From positions 1-24,344 of IMG/VR virus record IMGVR_UViG_3300020045_001486: 24,344 nt of DNA; one strand, 5' to 3'. This document shows positions 18,591 through 24,344 of this stretch, piece after piece. Each line of letters begins with the position of its first letter. The stretch's first letter is position 1. Both the position numbers and the translations under genes were made by a program. Source of the DNA: a virus. Taxonomy: Duplodnaviria; Caudoviricetes. The notes under the pieces are model-generated. The model was given only the letters and a program-made list of their open reading frames with translations, searched no databases and was not told the DNA's origin.

Positions 18591-18918
18591 TTCATTTTTT
18601 CCGATAACCTTTTAAGATGTTCATTATCCATCTTTCGTATAAAATAAAACAAATCTTCAGTTTGGGTTTCATCAAGTTCTAAATCGAAAGCATACTCTCT
18701 TATTGAACGTCTTGGTATTGGTGTTGGTGAAAAGATATGAGTCCTTTCATAGTCGAGTTCAAAAAAAGCCTGCATGTAAAAATCAAGACCGATACGAAGT
18801 TCTGGTGCATTTTGTATGCGGTCGGGCAAGGGTTGACCTGCCCGTACCGCTTGTTTAGCTATGTTCTGCTCAACTGGTCCAAGATCAAGCATGTACAACA
18901 GAACTTCTATTAGTTTTT
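18587..18918 (-). CDS. Tail assembly chaperone, -1 frame extension (gpT-like)
   Basis: The frame is open from the slippery site (KLIEVLLYMLDLGP...) and contains PELxxGLxFY..AFxEL..ER and PIP..I..YA. The track start at 18898 is a TTG with no clear RBS. Confidence 0.75.
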
Positions 18919-19329
18919 TGCGTCATCCTCAAGTTCAGCTTCACGAAACAAAGTAGCTGAATTAGCCTTTTCCTGAAGATCCTGGAAAAGATCAGGCAAA
19001 GCCTTGAACAAATCAACAGCTTTGAAACGATTAAACTCAATCTGATTTCCTTCCTTATCTTGAACATTTTCCCAACCTTTCAGGATTGTCTTTGAGAAAA
19101 CTTCCATAAAAATATCTTCGGCTTTCTTTTCATCCATCGTTCCAAGTTCGAACTGACGGCGATAAGGGCGAGTAGCTTTTTCAAGTTCCTTTGTATAGGC
19201 TTTATTGCTTTTACCCATACGAGAAATAAAAAACTTGATTTCAGTACCGTCATCATTGAAACCGTATGATACAGTAACTCCGTCATTCTCCTTTTTACGA
19301 TCTGTTGCAAACTGACTAAAAATGCTCAT
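18910..19329 (-). CDS. Tail assembly chaperone (gpG-like)
   Basis: 139 aa after the major tail gene, with FATD..KE..GV, ILKGWENV and LPDLF motifs. Ends ...DAKN* on A AAA AAC. RBS CAGGGG. Confidence 0.85.
   Translation of the reverse strand: MSIFSQFATDRKKENDGVTVSYGFNDDGTEIKFFISRMGKSNKAYTKELEKATRPYRRQFELGTMDEKKAEDIFMEVFSKTILKGWENVQDKEGNQIEFNRFKAVDLFKALPDLFQDLQEKANSATLFREAELEDDAKN
18913..18919 (-). other. Programmed -1 ribosomal frameshift heptamer A AAA AAC
   Basis: The - strand reads GCA AAA AAC TAA TAG. The -1 frame continues AAA CTA ATA GAA GTT CTG TTG TAC ATG into the downstream ORF. Confidence 0.85.
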
Positions 19330-19351
19330 TTGTGTTACCCCTGATTAAATT

Positions 19352-19383
19352 AAAAAAGGGACTGAAGTTATTCCAGTCCCTTT
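19352..19383 (-). terminator. Rho-independent terminator after the major tail gene
   Basis: The - strand reads AAAGGGACTGGAATAACTTCAGTCCCTTTTTT: a GGGACTG/CAGTCCC stem followed by U6. Confidence 0.8.
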
Positions 19384-19384
19384 A

Positions 19385-19413
19385 AGATTACATTAAAAAC
19401 AGCCTTGTTGCAA
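19385..19413 (-). promoter_or_regulatory. Possible sigma70-type promoter
   Basis: On the - strand, TTGCAA (19413-19408), 17 nt, then TAATCT (19390-19385), between the major tail stop and the terminator. Confidence 0.3.
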
Positions 19414-19417
19414 GATT

Positions 19418-20950
19418 TTACTGCGGCATTGCTACTGTGGGCAGGTAATCAAATTTGATGTGCATCATGGTGTAACCTGCTGCATTCTCAGCACCGGAAG
19501 ACTCAAGTGGAACGGTAATTGGATTGTCTTTTTCAACATTCAATCGACCGCCACCAAGGGAAAGTAAAGGAATGTCGTAAATAAAACCAGCGTTTGAAGC
19601 GCAAATAATCGTCGAAATACCAACATCGGAGTTTTGACGAACAGCCTGAACAGCCGAAACAGTTGTGAAATAAGCAGTAATGGAACCGCCGATGTCAAAG
19701 TTACCGGCAGAAGTATCGAATGCTCCAAGTACACCAACGGCTTTATTTGGAGTCACATTGTTATTAATAGTAATTGTCGCTTCGGAAATGTATCCAAACA
19801 ATACTGTTGGGGTTGCGTCAGTCGGATCAAGCAACGACATTTTAATTCGGTAAATGTCAGATGAAGTATTGAAAGCATCTTCACCCAAAGCCGAAATACG
19901 AGTACCATCTTTAATCTCGTCATCAGTATCGCCGGAACGATGAGTGTTATCACAAGCAACAAAAGTCAAATCAGCATTCAGCTTGTCAGCTTGAGGAACA
20001 TTCAACGTAAACTCATTCGCAACAGCGCCTTCAAGGTACTCAGCCTGAACTTCGGTTTCGGAAACACCATAACCAAGTTGACGTTCAACATTGTAAGATT
20101 TACGTTTGATCAAAGCTGAAGTGTTTTCGTTTTTGAGAACACTTCCGAAAAAGATACGAATCGTTTTTCCAGTTCCTGTTTCAGTAACGCTTGCAAAAGT
20201 AGTATCGTCAAAAACAATAGCTTTTGTAGCAATAGTTTTGATACGAGCGAAGCCGACATTATTTGCAAACGTAGTTCCCGTAGTATCGCCACCAATAAAA
20301 ATCCACTCACCGACATTCAAACCAAGAGTGGTGAAATCAGCAGTGGTACAGGTCAACGAAGGGATGTTACCGGTAACGGAAACATTCACATCTGCACTTC
20401 CGAATTGAAACCCTACGGCGGTCAATTTTGCCCCTGCTGCGGGAGTTTCGTTTACCAGAGCATCGGATACCACCACAGTGCTTGCGGTGGCAGACACGAC
20501 CGTTTTCAGGCCATTGTTAGCAGCAACGGAAAACCCTTCACCCTTGACCAGAAGCCCTGCCTTGTTGAACCCAACCAGACCAGAGGTAGCTGCATAAGTA
20601 TCGTCAGCGGCAGTTACACCAGTCAAGGCAACAGCAGCGGAGTTCATCGGCGCAGTCGTTACTTTTTCACGAACATCGGCAAAAAAGAATCCTTGCAGCA
20701 ATCGAGTCAGGTTATTTTGAGTAACATCAATATTGAAACCACCGCTTGCATCAAGATCGGTAATCGTACCTTTCTTGTTTTGCCGTGACGGATCAATGGG
20801 TGAACGAGCCATTTTAGACAATTCGCCGCCGAAATCGCTGTAGCTATTCGGTTCAAGACCGTACCAAACAGGAGTGGTCGGAAGCGTTTTCAAACTCTCC
20901 TCTTCAGCAAACGCCAGCCCGGTAATGTTACTATCAATTTTGTTAGCCAT
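19418..20950 (-). CDS. Major tail tube protein (510 aa)
   Basis: MANKIDSNxTGLxxAEE...LEPNSYSDFGG...RQxKKG..TDLDASGG..D...LLQGFFFA, as recalled for YuA/KL1-like major tail proteins. Strong RBS TAAGGAG and a downstream terminator. Confidence 0.9.
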   Translation of the reverse strand: MANKIDSNITGLAFAEEESLKTLPTTPVWYGLEPNSYSDFGGELSKMARSPIDPSRQNKKGTITDLDASGGFNIDVTQNNLTRLLQGFFFADVREKVTTAPMNSAAVALTGVTAADDTYAATSGLVGFNKAGLLVKGEGFSVAANNGLKTVVSATASTVVVSDALVNETPAAGAKLTAVGFQFGSADVNVSVTGNIPSLTCTTADFTTLGLNVGEWIFIGGDTTGTTFANNVGFARIKTIATKAIVFDDTTFASVTETGTGKTIRIFFGSVLKNENTSALIKRKSYNVERQLGYGVSETEVQAEYLEGAVANEFTLNVPQADKLNADLTFVACDNTHRSGDTDDEIKDGTRISALGEDAFNTSSDIYRIKMSLLDPTDATPTVLFGYISEATITINNNVTPNKAVGVLGAFDTSAGNFDIGGSITAYFTTVSAVQAVRQNSDVGISTIICASNAGFIYDIPLLSLGGGRLNVEKDNPITVPLESSGAENAAGYTMMHIKFDYLPTVAMPQ

Positions 20951-20962
20951 TCTTTTTTCTCC

Positions 20963-21409
20963 TTAATGAATTTCATCGAATGAGTAATCTACAACTACAT
21001 TGAACCGATAGTACAATTCTTCCGGGTCAACATCAACGATTCTTACATTTTTAAAATCAACATCGCTTTGAACACCACGATAAGCGTTCTTTGCAACAGT
21101 TGCTAATTGCCGTCCTTTGTCCTTTGAATTAAGAATTGACTTAGGGCAATAAATTTGAATTATAATCAACCCTTCGCTTTCGTATCGCTTTGAACCTGGA
21201 GAAGTAACTGCATTTGACAAAGTTTTTTGTTCTTCACCTGTGTTGAAAACAGAATGATAACACCAAAACTTAGACGAATCTGGTTTTGATGGTCTTTCGT
21301 TTCCGTTCCATCTTATTTCAGGAACATAACCAGCAATTGAAGTTGCTCCAGAAGTCCAAGCATCGTTAAAAAGTTTATTAATTTCAGTAACCGCTTGAGA
21401 TAAGTTCAT
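20963..21409 (-). CDS. Tail terminator protein
   Basis: 148 aa immediately upstream of the tube gene, with GxIIIQIYCP...A..AxxAYRG...FxNVRI...YxFNVxxxY. Confidence 0.7.
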   Translation of the reverse strand: MNLSQAVTEINKLFNDAWTSGATSIAGYVPEIRWNGNERPSKPDSSKFWCYHSVFNTGEEQKTLSNAVTSPGSKRYESEGLIIIQIYCPKSILNSKDKGRQLATVAKNAYRGVQSDVDFKNVRIVDVDPEELYYRFNVVVDYSFDEIH

Positions 21410-21768
21410 TTAATAAACTCAATTGTATATAGTATCTTTTGACCATTTGGTGATAATAAGTTAATGTCACTTATTCTTAATTCTTCACCATCTCTTAAAA
21501 CAACATCTTGAACAGATGGGGTGAATGAAACATCGCCCATTAAACCGTAAACATTACCTGATACAACATCCGATCCTTTAATGTATCTTATCCAAGAATC
21601 GGTTGACGGCAAGAAGCAAATGTACACATCGTTCGAAACTGGATCTGTAGCAACTTGATTCCAAGGTTCGGTTACTGAAGAATCTTTTTCTGTTTGTTTC
21701 CATTGAACAAGTTGCCCGTTCTTTTGAATCAAACGCTGTGCTGTTGCTATTTGTCTATCGAATCTCAT
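21406..21768 (-). CDS. Head closure / head-tail joining protein
   Basis: A.RLI.KNG...PW...P...D......I.....P.G..ILY pattern. Lies between the adaptor and terminator genes. Confidence 0.65.
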   Translation of the reverse strand: MRFDRQIATAQRLIQKNGQLVQWKQTEKDSSVTEPWNQVATDPVSNDVYICFLPSTDSWIRYIKGSDVVSGNVYGLMGDVSFTPSVQDVVLRDGEELRISDINLLSPNGQKILYTIEFIK

Positions 21769-22280
21769 ACCCGTATAGTCCTAATTGCAAATGAAGATAA
21801 ACCTTGAATAAATAAAGGTTCAAGGAAAGCATCGACTCCGGTAAATGTATTTTCAATGCCCACAGATACAGGATCGGCGTATTTAGTCTTGATCGGGCCA
21901 ACAACTTCCTCAACAACATAATCTTGCGGCGAGAAGTTAGGCAACAATTTCAAACCATCATTTACTGCCAAACCAAGCATCAGTTGAGCAATTTTCAACT
22001 GCTTTGGAATGGAGTTTGACGCAAGCTCGACCTCGTAAATGTATACACCCGTTCGAGGCCATTGTAAAGCCTGGTCGGTATTTGTGGGCAAACCTTTATA
22101 TTTTTCAGCTTTACTTTCAAGGTAATCAGTTGCTTGAATAAGCATTGCCGCCAAAGTATCGTCAACAGAAGATAAAGCCACACCACGATTTAAAGCAAAC
22201 GCTCGAAATTCAGCTATTGTATTATATGAATTTGCATTAGGAACATTAGTTCCATTCTCAACCGTTATTGTAATTGGCAT
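21765..22280 (-). CDS. Head-tail adaptor (DnaT-like domain family)
   Basis: VENGTxVxxANSY...A.DYLE...YKG....QxLxWPR...IPxxLKxAQ...VGPIxxxY signature. Confidence 0.8.
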   Translation of the reverse strand: MPITITVENGTNVPNANSYNTIAEFRAFALNRGVALSSVDDTLAAMLIQATDYLESKAEKYKGLPTNTDQALQWPRTGVYIYEVELASNSIPKQLKIAQLMLGLAVNDGLKLLPNFSPQDYVVEEVVGPIKTKYADPVSVGIENTFTGVDAFLEPLFIQGLSSFAIRTIRV

Positions 22281-22813
22281 TATTCAAACTCCGGGTTATC
22301 AAGTTGCCACCAACTACCACCATTGAACCGTGGGATGTTGATTATTTCACCCTCAACCACAACCTCATCACTCCCAATCAACTCGGGCCGAACCATGAAA
22401 ACGTGGGCTGGCACAAATCCAAGAAACTCTGCACTCAAGATCCCGGCCCTGAGATTTATCACATGCTCCCGATCCAGTCCCTGTGCCTCATCCATCTCCA
22501 GGGTCTGCTGCGTGACCGGATGCAGACCAGACTTGTCACCGGTGAGCAGGTAGGTAAGTGCCAATGTTTGACCATCGACGCTATCCAACTGGAAATCACA
22601 GAGGTATTCGCCCTTGAGGTCGATATCTAGCAGTTTCTCTTCAGGATCTTTAGCGAGCCGGATATAGTAGACATCAAGCGCGCATTTGATGTAGTGCAAA
22701 CGTGGGCTGCCGTAAAGGATCGGTTGATTGTGCCGGTAGTCTGTTGGATCGTTGAAAATGGTGGTTATGGTGTAGTATGCGCCGAAATGCTGATAGTCGT
22801 GTCTCATGTCCAT
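22280..22813 (-). CDS. Hypothetical protein (175-177 aa)
   Basis: Coupled to both neighbours: an ATGA overlap if it starts at 22807, and its stop overlaps the next ATG. GC-richer than the core genes. Confidence 0.65.
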   Translation of the reverse strand: MDMRHDYQHFGAYYTITTIFNDPTDYRHNQPILYGSPRLHYIKCALDVYYIRLAKDPEEKLLDIDLKGEYLCDFQLDSVDGQTLALTYLLTGDKSGLHPVTQQTLEMDEAQGLDREHVINLRAGILSAEFLGFVPAHVFMVRPELIGSDEVVVEGEIINIPRFNGGSWWQLDNPEFE

Positions 22814-24069
22814 GCCCCCAGTAGTTCGGTATCAGATACTTGGCGTTTCCAGACTGTGATTTTGTTGAACCACATTGGGTAGGAGTTGTTGTAGCCTAGC
22901 ATCAGTCGATAGAGTGTTGATGGATTAAAGCTACCATCGAATGCTGCCCAAGTGCTAGAGTCTTCTAGTGGGTGGCTCCAGGTTATAGTGGTTGCTGGTT
23001 CGATTAGATAGCCGACACGAAATTTTGTCCCTGCTATGTTGACTTGTATAAATGTCTCTATTACAGCATTTCGATCCCACGTTGCTGCCTTGTAGGCAGC
23101 AGTTATCCCATCGGAGCTCTGCACAATACGCTTAACACCGCTAAAATCACCACCGTATAATAGCGTTCCGGCTGCTTTTTCCGCTAAAATATTAGGTTGG
23201 ACTGCGACCACATCACCACTCCTCACGCCCATCCTGACCCGAGTTGCAAGGGTCATGGGTGAGCCGGTAAGTGCTTGCCACACCTCGCTCCCATCAGGCA
23301 GGCTAAACCAGCAGCCATTGGTGGTTGTGGAGTTGCTGGCGGGTTGGGTTGTCTTTACTGGTATAAATGGTAGTGGATATGCAGATTGGTAAAAGTTAAC
23401 CCCTTTTATCCTGAGAGTTACGTCGTAATCGGCAACTACTGAAACTGCCAAATAAACTTCTACTCCAGTGGTAGCTGCGTTAGTTAGTGTACGAGTTGAA
23501 AACAAAACCCCAGTAGTTACAGCTATCTTGGTAGACTCAAGAGCAGTTCGTTCTCGTATGTCAAGCGATAAATTAGTTGTACTGCCAGATAAAATCTCCA
23601 CATCCAGTAGAACCGACCATACCTGCCCTACAGTTGCAGGTATTACAGCAGATAGAAAATAAAGAGCGCAGATCCCGGTTAGTGTTCCAGAAAATCTAAT
23701 ATCAACGTATCCATCACCAGCCCCCACGACTGTCCACACTGCCCCTGTTTGCAGTTTTCTCCATCCAGTAGGCAGTGTGTTCGTAGCAACCACAGCGCCT
23801 TGCCCCAATGGACTATCAGCCAGTTGATTAATCGCCCCACAACTCCTTAGCCACTTCTCCCCGGCGAACGTATCAACAGCAGGCTGGGCACCGACATTGG
23901 TGTAGGTTCCATCTGCGTTGAGTTGGTATTGGGGTGACAGCACAGAATGATTGAACGTATGTGCCCCACCGGTACGCTCAGTAAAGGGGGTTTTGTTGGC
24001 ATCATAATGGAGTATTGAACCCTTAGGGTATCTCCTCTTAGAATTCAAAAACCAAATGGGTAAACTCAT
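22804..24069 (-). CDS. Putative virion fibre or decoration protein, beta-rich (421 aa)
   Basis: Rich in Thr, Gly, Val and Trp. The C-terminal 'WFNKITVWKRQVSDTEL' resembles the end of LamG-like domains. In the structural operon upstream of the adaptor. The function is an inference. Confidence 0.5.
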   Translation of the reverse strand: MSLPIWFLNSKRRYPKGSILHYDANKTPFTERTGGAHTFNHSVLSPQYQLNADGTYTNVGAQPAVDTFAGEKWLRSCGAINQLADSPLGQGAVVATNTLPTGWRKLQTGAVWTVVGAGDGYVDIRFSGTLTGICALYFLSAVIPATVGQVWSVLLDVEILSGSTTNLSLDIRERTALESTKIAVTTGVLFSTRTLTNAATTGVEVYLAVSVVADYDVTLRIKGVNFYQSAYPLPFIPVKTTQPASNSTTTNGCWFSLPDGSEVWQALTGSPMTLATRVRMGVRSGDVVAVQPNILAEKAAGTLLYGGDFSGVKRIVQSSDGITAAYKAATWDRNAVIETFIQVNIAGTKFRVGYLIEPATTITWSHPLEDSSTWAAFDGSFNPSTLYRLMLGYNNSYPMWFNKITVWKRQVSDTELLGAWT

Positions 24070-24344
24070 TACATTCCCACAATGTATAGTTCCAGGTTAA
24101 TTATTGCACCGCTGGTGCTGCCGTTTGCTATTACCGGAGTCAATGCCCCTACTGTCAAAGTAGGCTCTGAAAAGGCAATTCTTTGACCGACTGAAGATGA
24201 ACGGTCGGCACCCAATCCACCTAAAATATCAATCGAATCATCATCGAGCAAAGTCAAATCATACAGATTGGCTGGTGCGGGAGTACCTGGAATAGTTTTG
24301 ACCAACATCAGAAAACCGGAATCTGGAGTTCTACCGCTTAAAAG
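24069..24344 (-). CDS. Hypothetical virion-region protein (probably 5'-truncated by the window edge)
   Basis: The frame is open to nt 24344 (LLSGRTPDSGFLMLVKTIPG...). Its stop overlaps the ATG of the next gene. Confidence 0.6.
   Translation of the reverse strand, partial: LLSGRTPDSGFLMLVKTIPGTPAPANLYDLTLLDDDSIDILGGLGADRSSSVGQRIAFSEPTLTVGALTPVIANGSTSGAIINLELYIVGM

Larger units (their letters stand above)
2692..22090. repeat. Dispersed octamer TGCCCACA / TGTGGGCA, 14 exact copies, mostly as inverted pairs
   Basis: TGCCCACA starts at 2692, 3951, 6017, 11773, 15483, 18335 and 21857. TGTGGGCA starts at 4125, 7078, 8731, 11899, 14956, 19436 and 22083. One-mismatch copies at 2744, 8661, 16168, 18473 and 23091. 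Confidence 0.9.

Noticed and set aside
2692-22090. Octamer pairs as terminal inverted repeats of MITE/IS elements or as RNA hairpins
   Set aside because: The sequences between the pairs are unrelated to each other, encode conserved protein motifs in frame, show no target-site duplications, and complementarity does not extend much beyond the 8-mer.
21765-22280. Replication role for the DnaT-like protein
   Set aside because: Its position immediately before the closure, terminator and tube genes indicates a head-tail adaptor.
432-23662. Short overlapping or antisense ORFs in the track (e.g. 2454-2828, 6829-7215, 16433-16885, 20405-20788, 22274-22630)
   Set aside because: They lie within well-supported genes, have no recognisable motifs or RBS, and are best explained as shadow ORFs.
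1-24344. tRNA, rRNA or structured ncRNA genes
   Set aside because: The window is almost fully coding. The largest gaps (42 and 88 nt) are explained by the hairpins and promoter-like sites described above.

Overview
An AT-rich (roughly 35% GC by eye) segment of a long-tailed, siphovirus-like dsDNA phage genome with two convergent arms whose last stop codons overlap at 7714-7717. The + arm (1-7717) is a replication module: a Cas4-like/PD-(D/E)xK exonuclease (5'-truncated), an SF2 RadD/UvsW-like helicase with a 352-aa LAGLIDADG intein in its Walker A motif, a small DUF3310-like gene, a beta-clamp-like protein, and a family-B-like DNA polymerase split into two ORFs by a free-standing HNH-AP2 endonuclease gene. 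The - arm (7714-24344) is a neck/tail module: accessory virion genes, head-tail adaptor and closure, tail terminator, major tail protein, chaperone pair with a -1 frameshift, tape measure, tail-tip proteins, and a central tail protein with a C-terminal lectin-like domain. Two things stand out. (1) The octamer TGCCCACA occurs exactly 14 times (7 per strand, about 0.3 expected). All copies lie inside coding sequence, in all three frames, mostly as inverted pairs 60-235 bp long that sit in short GC-rich patches every 1-3 kb. This looks like a DNA-level signal of unknown function. (2) The polymerase is broken at the fingers tip with no intron or intein, and both new ends carry coiled-coil heptads that could zip the halves back together. 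All product calls come from motif recognition and gene order, not database searches, and all counts were made by eye.
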